NCBI GenBank assembly: GCA_036348995.1 | Contig: GCA_036348995.1_4855.1 | Length of the DNA: 49,610 nucleotides | Origin: Escherichia coli | Lineage (GTDB): Bacteria; Pseudomonadota; Gammaproteobacteria; Enterobacterales; Enterobacteriaceae | Reading direction: 5' to 3' (one strand) | Shown here: in pieces, positions 10,443 through 22,076 of the stretch | Numbering within the stretch: the stretch's first letter is position 1 | How the letters are laid out: every line of letters starts with the position of its first letter | The notes under the pieces: generated by a model | What the model was told of the DNA's origin: nothing | Seen by the model: the letters and a program-made list of their open reading frames with translations, nothing else | Databases searched by the model: none | Program-made: the position numbers and the translations under genes

Positions 10443-10750
10443 TGGCATTCTGCGACATCACAATCGCGCAACGAAACGCGAACTACACCAATATTGCTGA
10501 CACATCAGCACAACTGGTATCGCTGAACAGCGACGGCAGCGCAGTGCTGAAAATCGGCACTGAAACAGCGCAATTCATCGTGCAGAATCTGTCACAGGCA
10601 AACGCAAAGCAGGTGCTGATTAGCACGGGTAGCGTTCTGTTTCTGGCTGGTAATTACAATGCACCTAATCTTGAGTGTTCACTGGTGCGCATCGTTGAAA
10701 CTGCGGTCGAGGAATTTGTTGATGAGTCAACAACCTTGCCAGCAGAGTGA
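10442..10750 (+). CDS. hypothetical protein
   Basis: ORF track. Confidence 0.4.
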   Translation: MAFCDITIAQRNANYTNIADTSAQLVSLNSDGSAVLKIGTETAQFIVQNLSQANAKQVLISTGSVLFLAGNYNAPNLECSLVRIVETAVEEFVDESTTLPAE

Positions 10751-10881
10751 GCCACCAAAACCATCAGCATGGTGTGAGCAAATGGAGCGCAATGCGAAAG
10801 ATGGTGATGAGGCGTACACTTATTTTCAGCTGAAGCAGATGTGGAAGCAGAGGGAAAACTCAGAGCAAACAAATTAAACAC

Positions 10882-10906
10882 AAGCCCCATTGCGGGGCTT
10901 TTTTTC
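10882..10906. terminator. intrinsic terminator
   Basis: hairpin AAGCCCC-ATTGC-GGGGCTT plus T-run. Confidence 0.7.
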
Positions 10907-11246
10907 ATCCCTTAAACTTTATCCAGCCGAACATTCTGACGCCAAGCCACATAACGCCAGCCCTCAACGATGATACTCCGCTATCCTTCAGCGCCTGCCT
11001 GAAGCAATCATCAGCGAAATGCCTGTCTGAATGGGTTGCATACAGATAATCATGAACGGCTGCCGCTTTCTGCCCCACATCACCAATAAAAGCAAACAGG
11101 TAAGGAAATCGCGGAACGCTGGCGAAATCAGTGCGAAATCCTGCTGGCACTTTTATTTCCTGATGCCGAAACTCATAGATTAGCGGCTCAATTAGTGTCC
11201 ACGTTGAGTTTTTGTTCAGCTTGACGATAAGGTCGGATTTGAACAT
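10905..11246 (-). CDS. hypothetical protein (DUF1353-like?)
   Basis: FRTDFASVPRF motif recalled from DUF1353; uncertain. Confidence 0.35.
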   Translation of the reverse strand: MFKSDLIVKLNKNSTWTLIEPLIYEFRHQEIKVPAGFRTDFASVPRFPYLFAFIGDVGQKAAAVHDYLYATHSDRHFADDCFRQALKDSGVSSLRAGVMWLGVRMFGWIKFKG

Positions 11247-11735
11247 TTATTTTTGTCTCCTTGTCAGTGATTCGTATTGCTTCTGGCAGGTCAATCCTGC
11301 TTCTCTTGCCTTGTCAGCATAATCTGCCAGTTGTCGATTTCTTTCGACAGATTTGCTGAGCACGTCGGAGAGCAAAACTCCGGTGTCTGCGGCTGGATTG
11401 CCAATGGACTCAGCGGTGGAATATCCGACGAGCTGCTTGCGGATGTTTGCGAGCTGTTGCTGCAACCTGCCAGACTTAGCAGCAGCATTGACAACATCAT
11501 TGCGCGCAGCATCAATCCTTTGCTGTGCGTCTGCCTGAATCTTTTGCAGTTCTGCATTGCGTCGTTGCTCCTCTTGTTCGTCTGCGGTCTTTTGTTCGGC
11601 GACTGCTTTTGCATATCCAGCGGCATATTGCTGTTCGCCGTAGCTGGATACTTTATTTGCCGCCCACAACACGCCAGCAGCAACAATTATAATAAGTGTC
11701 AGGGGTCGCCAGTATTTAGCGAGAATCGACATCAT
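11247..11735 (-). CDS. i-spanin (Rz-like)
   Basis: N-terminal TM, Q/A/R-rich coiled-coil; downstream of endolysin. Confidence 0.7.
   Translation of the reverse strand: MMSILAKYWRPLTLIIIVAAGVLWAANKVSSYGEQQYAAGYAKAVAEQKTADEQEEQRRNAELQKIQADAQQRIDAARNDVVNAAAKSGRLQQQLANIRKQLVGYSTAESIGNPAADTGVLLSDVLSKSVERNRQLADYADKAREAGLTCQKQYESLTRRQK
11291..11512 (-). CDS. o-spanin (Rz1-like lipoprotein) nested in the Rz frame
   Basis: LAGC lipobox then Pro-rich segment, embedded out of frame in Rz. Confidence 0.6.
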   Translation of the reverse strand: MLRAMMLSMLLLSLAGCSNSSQTSASSSSDIPPLSPLAIQPQTPEFCSPTCSANLSKEIDNWQIMLTRQEKQD

Positions 11736-11955
11736 TTCGCAGCCTCCGGTTTTCCTTCCTCATGCCGTGCATTTTGCCGAACATTGACAACACGAGCACG
11801 GAATAGCTTATCCCTTTGACTACCGAATCTGGTATCTCGGATTTCAGGTCATCTGGCATAAACATCCATACATGCGTCATGGAGTCAGGCCACAGCTCAA
11901 GGTACGAGCAAAATGAAAGCCAGACACCAATGAACCAGTTGCTTAGTTTTTTCAT
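11716..11955 (-). CDS. small membrane protein, possible holin
   Basis: two hydrophobic stretches; sits between endolysin and spanins. Confidence 0.3.
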   Translation of the reverse strand: MKKLSNWFIGVWLSFCSYLELWPDSMTHVWMFMPDDLKSEIPDSVVKGISYSVLVLSMFGKMHGMRKENRRLRNDVDSR

Positions 11956-12419
11956 GCCGCAGCTCCACCTGCGGCCTTATACACATCAATCAGCTTATCC
12001 AGTTTCTGCTCATGCTGACCATAACCAGCGCCCGGCAATGAAGCCCAGCGGGAACGGCACTTGTGAATAGCATCAGCGATGCGACCGGCCTCGATGTCGG
12101 CATTGGCTTTGCATTCGCGGATTAACTGCATTGCAATGGCATCCTGCGATGCAGGGGAGAAGTCCGGTAAACGCAACTGCTTTTTGTATGCGTCATAAAA
12201 CTTAGCCAGCACCTGATAGCGTCCGGCGGCAGTGGATTTGATGCCCAAATTAGGCAGGCTAATCAGCTTCCGTGGGTGATCGTAATAGTCGGTAAACAGT
12301 GAGCCACCAACAATCACATCATAGCCATGATTATTGGTTTTCTGTCGTCCGTTATCCGTGCCCTCGCTGTACGCCAGCATATCCAAAAACGCCTTCATGT
12401 TTTTGCTAATAGCCATACC
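11952..12419 (-). CDS. endolysin, lambda R-type lytic transglycosylase
   Basis: KAFLDMLAYSEGTDNGRQKTNNHGYDVIVGG...WASLPGAGYGQHE closely matches lambda R (from memory). Confidence 0.9.
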   Translation of the reverse strand, partial: GMAISKNMKAFLDMLAYSEGTDNGRQKTNNHGYDVIVGGSLFTDYYDHPRKLISLPNLGIKSTAAGRYQVLAKFYDAYKKQLRLPDFSPASQDAIAMQLIRECKANADIEAGRIADAIHKCRSRWASLPGAGYGQHEQKLDKLIDVYKAAGGAAA

Positions 12420-12684
12420 AGTAAACCTCTTTTTCAGCTTTGCGTTTTGCTTTGTCGCCAGTCTTCTCGCCCCACACGATGAAATGCGCAACAGCACATG
12501 AGAAACAGCGTAGATTGTGCTTCTTCAGAAGCGTTGATTTACGGAAAGTGTCAATACCAATGTCGGTGGCGAGGCTTGTCAGTGCGTCGAACTGATTCTG
12601 TGTTGTCTCGGTGGTGATGTAAGGCGATATATCCACGGTATCAGCGATTCCAAACGCATCTTTGCCGCGTTGCGATAGTTTCAT
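12406..12684 (-). CDS. hypothetical protein upstream of endolysin (not holin-like)
   Basis: ORF track; not hydrophobic. Confidence 0.35.
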   Translation of the reverse strand: MKLSQRGKDAFGIADTVDISPYITTETTQNQFDALTSLATDIGIDTFRKSTLLKKHNLRCFSCAVAHFIVWGEKTGDKAKRKAEKEVYWYGY

Positions 12685-12728
12685 TCTGCCTCCTGTTCAA
12701 ATAATAACTAATTCTATCACAACGGCTA

Positions 12729-12757
12729 TTGACGTAGATTGTGTGGTAGTGCATAGT
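12729..12757 (+). promoter_or_regulatory. sigma70-like promoter (TTGACG-N17-CATAGT)
   Basis: near-duplicate of the 317..345 cassette, including the downstream GAGGTGATGAAGATG leader. Confidence 0.5.
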
Positions 12758-12789
12758 ATCTACATCAAACGGTGAATGAGGTGATGAAG

Positions 12790-13104
12790 ATGAAAATTAA
12801 CAATAGAGAAGAATTAATTAAACTGCTGGAGTTAGCGAAAGAAAAAGGCGCATTGAAGTCAATTGATGATTTGAGCTTGCGCGATATACGCATAGAGACG
12901 CCTGATGGCGCAAGATTTCGTATTGAATGGTATTGCAATATATGCGCACTGAAGAACGCTGGCTTTTCAATGTGGTTTGACTGCATTGTATTTACGCAAA
13001 CTCACCCATGCTTCCTGAATGAGATCAGGTTGTCATATCAAGGGGTGGTAACTGGCGTTATAGGTAAGCCACTAGACCATTTAACAAAGTCATTCGAGGT
13101 GTAA
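12790..13104 (+). CDS. hypothetical protein
   Basis: leader identical to that of the gene at 386. Confidence 0.45.
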   Translation: MKINNREELIKLLELAKEKGALKSIDDLSLRDIRIETPDGARFRIEWYCNICALKNAGFSMWFDCIVFTQTHPCFLNEIRLSYQGVVTGVIGKPLDHLTKSFEV

Positions 13105-13246
13105 TCATGGTAATGGTCAAACTCAAAGAAAACGGACACTGCGGAGTGTTCAGCCTCGAGCAAATCAAAATCCGTCCGTGCGGCAAGGTGGTTGCGCCAT
13201 TTGGCCTTGTACAGATGCGTGAAGTTGAGATTGTTGAATATATCAA

Positions 13247-13555
13247 GTGAGGTTGGTGATGAAAGAATTTAAAGGCACGCCGGGTCCGTGGCATGTAAGT
13301 GACGAAGGTTGCGTCGTCATTCGAGATGACTACTTCTTTAGTCATGTAGCTAGTAACATTGGGTATCCATCTGATGAAGAGGATATGGCGAATGCTAATC
13401 TCATCGCATCATCACCGGAACTACTATCCGCACTCCAGCAACTACTGGAAATCTACGACGACAACTCAGGCAAAGTCTGGACAACATCAAGCAAGCGTCG
13501 CGCTCTGGATGGTGCGCGTGATGCGGTTAATAAGGCGTTGGAGGAAAATCAATGA
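13247..13555 (+). CDS. Ead/Ea22-like protein (putative)
   Basis: GTPGPW...ASSPELLSALQ pattern recalled from lambdoid Ead/Ea22 proteins. Confidence 0.4.
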   Translation: MRLVMKEFKGTPGPWHVSDEGCVVIRDDYFFSHVASNIGYPSDEEDMANANLIASSPELLSALQQLLEIYDDNSGKVWTTSSKRRALDGARDAVNKALEENQ

Positions 13556-13785
13556 ACTTATCCATAGACGAAATATATAGTTTATGCAAAAAGCAAGACA
13601 AGATGTTCGCATTGATTTTTGACCTTCCAGTTGATGGCTCTGTAACATTTGAGTGGCGCTGGATTGGATTAAATGACGGTAATAATTATAGATATTCAAA
13701 ATCAATAGCAATGAGCAATCTTAAGCAGGCTAGATTACCACAAACGTTAGTAGCCGATATAGCAAACGAGGATTATTGGAAATGA
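13552..13785 (+). CDS. hypothetical protein
   Basis: ORF track. Confidence 0.4.
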   Translation: MNLSIDEIYSLCKKQDKMFALIFDLPVDGSVTFEWRWIGLNDGNNYRYSKSIAMSNLKQARLPQTLVADIANEDYWK

Positions 13786-14390
13786 AACTTATCGACTTGT
13801 TAGTTCAAGAATTACCTAAGCGTGGTGGGTGGCCTGAGGGTTCGCTGTCAATTACTCAAGATAATGACGGTTCGCTGTGCGTATGGGACACAAATGACCC
13901 ACACTATGATGGGTTATCATGGAAACATCACACAGGAAATAGCCTTATGTATTTCTGGCACGGAGAAGGGTCTATGCCATTATCTTCCGACCACAAGGAG
14001 TCGATAGTAACCTACTGGCAATACAAAGCAGCGCTCTCCGCATCGCAAAAGCCAACATGGAACGGAGAAGGCCTGCCGCCAGTGGGGTGTGAGTGTGAAT
14101 GCTATGTTGATGAGGGTGTAATTCATTGCATTGTTGTTGGTTATGATTTTGACGGGAAGGCTGTTGTGATGCGCAACGTTCCTGCCCGCAAATACTTCTC
14201 CATTCAGGCCAGCTCAGGGCGCATAAGACCACTACGCACCGAAGCAGAAAGGAAGCGCGATGAGGCAATTGAGGCAATTCTATCTGATATGAGAACCATA
14301 CCATGTAACATAAGTCTGCGTGATGAGGTTGCTGTTATTTACGACGCCATCGCAGCAGGCAAAATTCCCGGCGTGAAACTGGAGGATTAA
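13776..14390 (+). CDS. hypothetical protein
   Basis: ORF track. Confidence 0.45.
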   Translation: MEMKLIDLLVQELPKRGGWPEGSLSITQDNDGSLCVWDTNDPHYDGLSWKHHTGNSLMYFWHGEGSMPLSSDHKESIVTYWQYKAALSASQKPTWNGEGLPPVGCECECYVDEGVIHCIVVGYDFDGKAVVMRNVPARKYFSIQASSGRIRPLRTEAERKRDEAIEAILSDMRTIPCNISLRDEVAVIYDAIAAGKIPGVKLED

Positions 14391-14391
14391 C

Positions 14392-14469
14392 ATGTGGCCT
14401 ATATGTAAGCATTGCGGTCGCATGTGCCTTACTAATTGGTGCAAGAAATGTGACAGGACATCAAAATAA
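14392..14469 (+). CDS. Cys-rich microprotein (25 aa, zinc-ribbon-like)
   Basis: GGAGG SD 6 nt upstream of ATG; MWPICKHCGRMCLTNWCKKCDRTSK. Confidence 0.35.
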   Translation: MWPICKHCGRMCLTNWCKKCDRTSK

Positions 14470-14479
14470 AACCAAGCCC

Positions 14480-16835
<2,356 letters not shown>

Positions 16836-16863
16836 TCACATTTCTGTAAGGGTCATTATATCA

Positions 16864-17376
16864 TCAAGCGCCGTGGTTCTCATGGAAGCCGAGTTTCCTT
16901 TCAGCCGATTTCCTCGCCAGTACAGCATCTTCAAATCGCGCATGTCTCCCGAGACTGTGCATCACACCATCTTTTTTTATGTATGCATACCACTTTTCTG
17001 TCAGATTGCACCACGATACACCAACAACACCTGACGTATTTCTTGATGTTTTACTCCTATTCATGGCGTTTTGCTGGCGAGACACGAGTCTTAAGTTTTC
17101 AATGTGGTTATCTGTTCTTATGTGGTTCACATGGTCAATCTCCATTCCATCTGGTATCTCACCATTGTGCATTTCCCATATAATGCTGTGAACAGATTTC
17201 ACCTCTTGATTTACTTTTACATACAAGTAGCCATTTGTCGGGGATAGTCTTCCAGCGATATCGCCTGGCTTATTGTATCTATTCCTGTTAACCTTTAACC
17301 AGAAAATTTTCCCGTCAGAGTAATGAAATATTTCATTCCAGTTCATCTCAGTCACTCCACCTTTCCAGTTTATCAA
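16864..17376 (-). CDS. HNH homing endonuclease (NUMOD4/HNH/AP2-like), start may be internal
   Basis: EIDHVNHIRTDNHIENLR; paralogous to 9707..10210. Confidence 0.8.
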   Translation of the reverse strand: MINWKGGVTEMNWNEIFHYSDGKIFWLKVNRNRYNKPGDIAGRLSPTNGYLYVKVNQEVKSVHSIIWEMHNGEIPDGMEIDHVNHIRTDNHIENLRLVSRQQNAMNRSKTSRNTSGVVGVSWCNLTEKWYAYIKKDGVMHSLGRHARFEDAVLARKSAERKLGFHENHGA

Positions 17377-17539
17377 TTACAACATCGCGACCTTTGCTTT
17401 CGTGGCCTTTCACCCTGTCGCAATTAAAAAACATATCAAATGCTCTTTCTGGGTCAGATGCAGTAGAAACAGCGCAAACCTTGGTAACAACATCGCCACC
17501 ATTAAGCACTTCAGCATGAATAAAATAAACGCTCATCAC
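17348..17539 (-). CDS. hypothetical protein
   Basis: ORF track. Confidence 0.3.
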   Translation of the reverse strand: MMSVYFIHAEVLNGGDVVTKVCAVSTASDPERAFDMFFNCDRVKGHESKGRDVVIDKLERWSD

Positions 17540-17701
17540 TCAATCTCCTCACCATTAACCCAGCGCTGCAGGACTTCGATTAGCTGCGCGGCTTGGTGCT
17601 TATCAATCTGAACCCAGTCGTCACACTGCCTTAAATTGATTACTCGCTCTGTATTTATATACAGACTGTAGCATTCATTTGTTTTTTCAATAACCATAAC
17701 A

Positions 17702-17908
17702 TCACCCCCTCAAAAAATCATTCTTGCAGCAGATACCCTTGTATCCACGCTTCTTTTGCAGGTTAACGAAAACATCATCAATAACGCGCAGCAGGAAATC
17801 CTCGTCGATGTCATACCGACGACAAATCACCTCATCAGGCACACCAGCGCGTGCCAGTGAATAAACCTGTTCTTTTTCCTCCTGTGTGAATCCTGCATAG
17901 CTGCGCAT
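17702..17908 (-). CDS. small hypothetical protein, possible DNA-binding
   Basis: internal Met start with GGAG SD; DNA-binding role is a guess. Confidence 0.35.
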   Translation of the reverse strand: MRSYAGFTQEEKEQVYSLARAGVPDEVICRRYDIDEDFLLRVIDDVFVNLQKKRGYKGICCKNDFLRG

Positions 17909-18006
17909 AGTGATATCTCCGATAAGCCTGATGTAGATTATACTATGCGCTCGGTGTAGATTGGTCAAGTGTGGTGATGCGGATTTATCAACAACAATAA
18001 TAAATG

Positions 18007-18035
18007 TTGACGATGGCATGCTGGTGATGTAGATT
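18007..18035 (+). promoter_or_regulatory. sigma70-like promoter TTGACG-N17-TAGATT
   Basis: exact spacing; preceded by two more GTAGATT motif copies at 17929-17964. Confidence 0.55.
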
Positions 18036-18070
18036 TAAATTAACCGGAAATACTTATGTGAGGTGATGAG

Positions 18071-18247
18071 ATGTTTGAAGCATACAAGTCAAAAATAACT
18101 GGCAGCACATATCTGTTTGCACCAGCTAATGGGCTGGTTTTTGTTCATCGTGATAGAGATAACATTGAATCCACGAGAATGACAAAAGAGGATATAGATG
18201 TGTATGTGCGAAACGGAGTTATGGAAAGAGTGGAGTATTCAGCATGA
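18071..18247 (+). CDS. hypothetical small protein (moron)
   Basis: SD AGGTGA; plus-strand island with its own promoter and terminator. Confidence 0.4.
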   Translation: MFEAYKSKITGSTYLFAPANGLVFVHRDRDNIESTRMTKEDIDVYVRNGVMERVEYSA

Positions 18248-18426
18248 GCCATACAAGACCAAGAGTTGACAGGAAGGTAAGAGAAAAGGCAATAGAGCAT
18301 TTTAAAAGTCACCATGGGAACCATTCCAACGAGGTGATTGTTGGTATAGATATAGAGAAGATGAAAGAAACCGCAAAACACTACAAAGGAAGGGTTAATC
18401 TTGCAGACTACGGAATAATGGAGTAA
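18244..18426 (+). CDS. hypothetical small protein (moron)
   Basis: ORF track; ATGA overlap with previous gene. Confidence 0.4.
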   Translation: MSHTRPRVDRKVREKAIEHFKSHHGNHSNEVIVGIDIEKMKETAKHYKGRVNLADYGIME

Positions 18427-18427
18427 G

Positions 18428-18458
18428 AAAAGCCCTCATTCGAGGGCTTTATTTTTAT
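18428..18458. terminator. bidirectional intrinsic terminator
   Basis: hairpin AAAGCCCTC-ATTC-GAGGGCTTT plus T-run. Confidence 0.7.
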
Positions 18459-20989
18459 CGCCTGCGCCGGATTAGCATCCCGCTACCGCGCTGAACGATA
18501 TGGTCATTGAGTGCGTAACGAACTGCATCCCAGTAGTGGTTGTATGCATCAACAATATCCGTGAGCACATTCCCTGTCAGCTTATCGACCTTGTAGCTGT
18601 ACATTGCTGCCTCATTCTGCATCTCCTTGCATCGTTCGTGAATGATGATGCTGTCGCAGCCGCGTAACCATGTTACTCCATCCTCGACACTTCCGGGCCA
18701 TTTCGTGCATGGGTGAATGTCAAGTCCTGAACGCTTGATGTGGCTGATGGTTTCTGGTCGTGCGCAGTCGGCATACCATCGCGCGCGCTTAGCCATCGGG
18801 AATGATTGCTCCATCGCAGCTGGCGTATCGGTAATTTCAAGGCCGACCTTGCCGTACTCGCGATTAATATAAATGTTGCGTCGTCCGACCGGTAATTCTT
18901 CGATATAAACCTCAACCATTGCGGTAGGGTCCGTACTGAATCCGAAGTCCATCCCGAAGTATGGTCCATGCCATTCAGGTTTGACCTCGAAGTTATCAAT
19001 GCGCCACTTGCCACCAAATACCTGCTCGTCATTCCTCTTGTTAAAGCGCCCACCCCAAACCCATTGATAGCGGTCGAAGTCTGTCTCTTTCATGCGTTGC
19101 ATTTGGCTTGGCAGTGGAGTATCCCAAAACCACGGATTATCTGAATAGTTACACTCAATAATCAGGTTTTCTTCGTCCTCGTAAATACCGCCATTGGAAC
19201 GCAGTTTACTGTAAAACGGCTCAACCCACGTCTTCCATGTAGGGTCGTGCTCCTTATTTGGGTTGAATGTCACCCATATCTCAGAGCCGTCTGCGCGAAT
19301 GGTTGGAGTGAGGATTTCCCAGCTTGTCTGGCTAACGTTTTCAGCCTCCTCAACCCAAGCAACTGTAATGCCAGCAAAACCTTTAACGGTAGTCTGGTTG
19401 CGATACAGACCTTTAAAGCGGAACTTTGCTTTCGTTACCTTGTGTGTTATTTCGTTGTTGATGACGCGAAACTCTTTTGTCTCGCCCTTCCTGTCAATCT
19501 CGTCTTTCAGCTCCTGATATGAACTATCCTCAATAGACTGCTGAATCTCACGAAAACAAGCTATCCTGTCAGGCTTAAAGCGTGCACGCTCGGTAAGTAT
19601 TGTAGTTACTGTTCTTGTTTTTCCGCTGTTATGTGTAACCGTGCCATCAGCAAGCAGGAAAAGATGATCGCCATCAAGAGTGAATCCAGCGTATTCACCA
19701 TGCCCGGCATAAGACAATGACACCTCAGTCATCTTTCCACGGGTTGACTTGGTTTTCTCTGCCATCTTCCTTTTTACTCGGCATGGGATTGTATGAAGGT
19801 CACCACTAACGAACACCTCCCACACATCCTTTTCGTATATTCTTTTCTCGCCTTTATATTCAAAGGTGACATCGGTCTTTTTAATTATGCTTGACTTGAA
19901 GCCAAGCGATCTTGCCACATCCATCAAAGAGAAGGCTATATCTTTATTTATTGATGTAAAACAATAGCTTTTCTTTTCTTTGTGGTAATGCGAATCAGTA
20001 TCCAATAGCCCAGCCAGAATCTGAAGTCTTACCTCTCTGCTGTTTTTGATATAGCAGTCAGGTATGTGTTTATTATTAATCACCCCAAGCTGCTGCATTT
20101 TAGTTAGTAACGGGTTGGTGTTTTTCCCCATACCAGCAGCTCGACCATTAGTTATCGCATAGACGGGGCATCTATCATCGTCGCGAACCTTTACCTGCAT
20201 CCCGTATTGGCTTGCCACGTTGTAAAGGTAGTCAACTATCTCTGGATCAGGTGTGCACACTTCAACACTACGAGATGAGCCATCACCTAACCATAAACCA
20301 AGAAAGTACGGGTCAACTGGAACGCTTTGCTCCTGAAAATCCCATCCTGTTCGCCAACCTTTAAAGACATGACGGAACTTTTTGGAAGTTGCGCGCGACA
20401 AATATTCTGAAACACCGATATTAAGTATTTCCGGGTCATTTGGGTAATAACGATAAATTCTTTTACCATCAGGTGTTTTCGTCTCATTACTGATGGCAGA
20501 TGGGACCTTTCGTAATGACAGTATGTGACTTGAATTGACGGTGTAGTCATCAGCATATTTTTGATGAACCGTGTACATGTCATCAAATCCACGGCAGATG
20601 CTTAAAACATTTCGTGGTTTACTGTCTGGCCCCATAACCTTATCGCCAACAACGATATCCTCTACGCGTTTTAGGCTACCATCAAACATCCTCACCATCG
20701 TGCCGATGGCTAAGCATCCGCGCCCGCCAAACACAATCTTATTTCGCTTGGGGTAAAGTAGCTTTTCCAGCTTTTCTGGTATCAGGTGGTCAACGTTAAT
20801 ATCAGAGTCGCTAACGTCATCAACTCCGCTTTGCGTCATTTTGAGTTTGCGAACAATCTTCTTATCTGTATTAACAACACCGAACACAGCAGATTCAGGC
20901 GTATCAATCACGCCATCGCCAATAATCTCTTCAAGTTTTTCAATTGCTGGTGCTGACAGTCTTTTGCGTGCCATATATAGATTCCTCAT
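18455..20989 (-). CDS. terL: terminase large subunit interrupted by an intein
   Basis: Walker A GGRG|SGKT split by a 363-aa insertion; 481-aa extein. Confidence 0.9.
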   Translation of the reverse strand: MRNLYMARKRLSAPAIEKLEEIIGDGVIDTPESAVFGVVNTDKKIVRKLKMTQSGVDDVSDSDINVDHLIPEKLEKLLYPKRNKIVFGGRGCLAIGTMVRMFDGSLKRVEDIVVGDKVMGPDSKPRNVLSICRGFDDMYTVHQKYADDYTVNSSHILSLRKVPSAISNETKTPDGKRIYRYYPNDPEILNIGVSEYLSRATSKKFRHVFKGWRTGWDFQEQSVPVDPYFLGLWLGDGSSRSVEVCTPDPEIVDYLYNVASQYGMQVKVRDDDRCPVYAITNGRAAGMGKNTNPLLTKMQQLGVINNKHIPDCYIKNSREVRLQILAGLLDTDSHYHKEKKSYCFTSINKDIAFSLMDVARSLGFKSSIIKKTDVTFEYKGEKRIYEKDVWEVFVSGDLHTIPCRVKRKMAEKTKSTRGKMTEVSLSYAGHGEYAGFTLDGDHLFLLADGTVTHNSGKTRTVTTILTERARFKPDRIACFREIQQSIEDSSYQELKDEIDRKGETKEFRVINNEITHKVTKAKFRFKGLYRNQTTVKGFAGITVAWVEEAENVSQTSWEILTPTIRADGSEIWVTFNPNKEHDPTWKTWVEPFYSKLRSNGGIYEDEENLIIECNYSDNPWFWDTPLPSQMQRMKETDFDRYQWVWGGRFNKRNDEQVFGGKWRIDNFEVKPEWHGPYFGMDFGFSTDPTAMVEVYIEELPVGRRNIYINREYGKVGLEITDTPAAMEQSFPMAKRARWYADCARPETISHIKRSGLDIHPCTKWPGSVEDGVTWLRGCDSIIIHERCKEMQNEAAMYSYKVDKLTGNVLTDIVDAYNHYWDAVRYALNDHIVQRGSGMLIRRRR
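19628..20716 (-). mobile_element. intein with LAGLIDADG homing endonuclease inside terL P-loop
   Basis: starts Cys (CLAIG), ends HN followed by Ser; LGLWLGDGS and LAGLLDTDS motifs. Confidence 0.85.
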
Positions 20990-21073
20990 CAGGGCATCAT
21001 TGAAGTGAATACGGCAGGCGGTGATGAGTCGCTTTTCGGGTGCCCCCTAGCCGCATTAATTATTATAAATCAG

Positions 21074-21517
21074 TTACTGTTGTTGCTCCAGTAACTTCTC
21101 CAGTCGCTCAAGGCGCGCAGCTAGTTCGGTTAATTCTTTCACGTCAAGCCCAACCTTAATCATAGACACAACCTGAGACGCAACATCAATTGGAAGCTCG
21201 CCACTGGAGACAGATTGAATGACATCCTCTATCTGCTCAACTGGCGTGGCGTCTTTGCGGTATTTAAAATTAACCGGAGGTGCCATGCTTTTTTGCACGG
21301 GGCTGATGCGCAGGAATATCTCCTTCAGCATTTGCACACCCTGAGTCGGGTTTTCCTCAGTCATTCTGATTGACGTCCTGATGAATGCGTCAAGGAATTC
21401 CTCCTCGCCAAGCCCGCATCGCTTTAATGCCTCAATAAGCCTGTTTCTGTAGCTTAATCCTCTGCCAGCAGGCTGGTATTCAGAGGAAAATTTCATGACA
21501 GGGTTTGGATTAGCCAT
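21074..21517 (-). CDS. terminase small subunit (putative)
   Basis: 147 aa immediately upstream of terL, coiled-coil C-terminus. Confidence 0.5.
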   Translation of the reverse strand: MANPNPVMKFSSEYQPAGRGLSYRNRLIEALKRCGLGEEEFLDAFIRTSIRMTEENPTQGVQMLKEIFLRISPVQKSMAPPVNFKYRKDATPVEQIEDVIQSVSSGELPIDVASQVVSMIKVGLDVKELTELAARLERLEKLLEQQQ

Positions 21518-21561
21518 TCTGTTTTCGTCTTTTCGTATTTCGATATCGTTAGTTTAACACA

Positions 21562-21590
21562 GATAAAAAAGAACCCGCACAAGGCGGGTT
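21562..21590 (-). terminator. intrinsic terminator ending the leftward early operon
   Basis: hairpin AACCCGC-ACAAG-GCGGGTT with A-run on plus strand (U-run on minus transcript). Confidence 0.6.
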
Positions 21591-22076
21591 AAAGGTTGGG
21601 TGATGATATGAGTGAAAGCAATGGTGGTTATGCGTTTATTGTACACCATCGTTATCGCGCTTGCCAGCATAGCACCATGCATTTTCTGTTCGCGTCTGCA
21701 CATGAACGATTTCAAACGCATCAGGGAATGTCTTTGCGACCTTCGCGATAAAATCGTCCAATTCGTGTTGCTTGGCGAGTTGCCAAACCTTCGCTTTAGT
21801 TGTTTGCATTCGCAAAAGCCCTCGTAGAACACATGCACTTGATGTCATGCACGCCACTGTCAGGAACAACCTCAATGCGATTGCTGAGTTGCACCATCAT
21901 GTAATGACAGGTCATCATGCCGCCCCAGTATCGTTTCCACATGAATTCCATTGCTTCATTGATGTCATCAAACATAATGCAAAACTCCCGCAATAGCTTC
22001 TACCAGCGCCAACACATAAACAGCAAGGAAAATTTTGGCGCCAGTGGTATACCGGCGTCGTTGGTGGTTGTTCATA

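Noticed and set aside
11277-11819. 180-aa plus-strand ORF across the spanin region
   Set aside because: Antisense to the Rz/Rz1 pair, which have clear TM, lipobox and coiled-coil features; Cys/Ser-rich junk-like translation.
12406-12684. Holin assignment for the ORF upstream of the endolysin
   Set aside because: Lambda-like gene order would put the holin here, but the translation has no transmembrane segment; kept as hypothetical.
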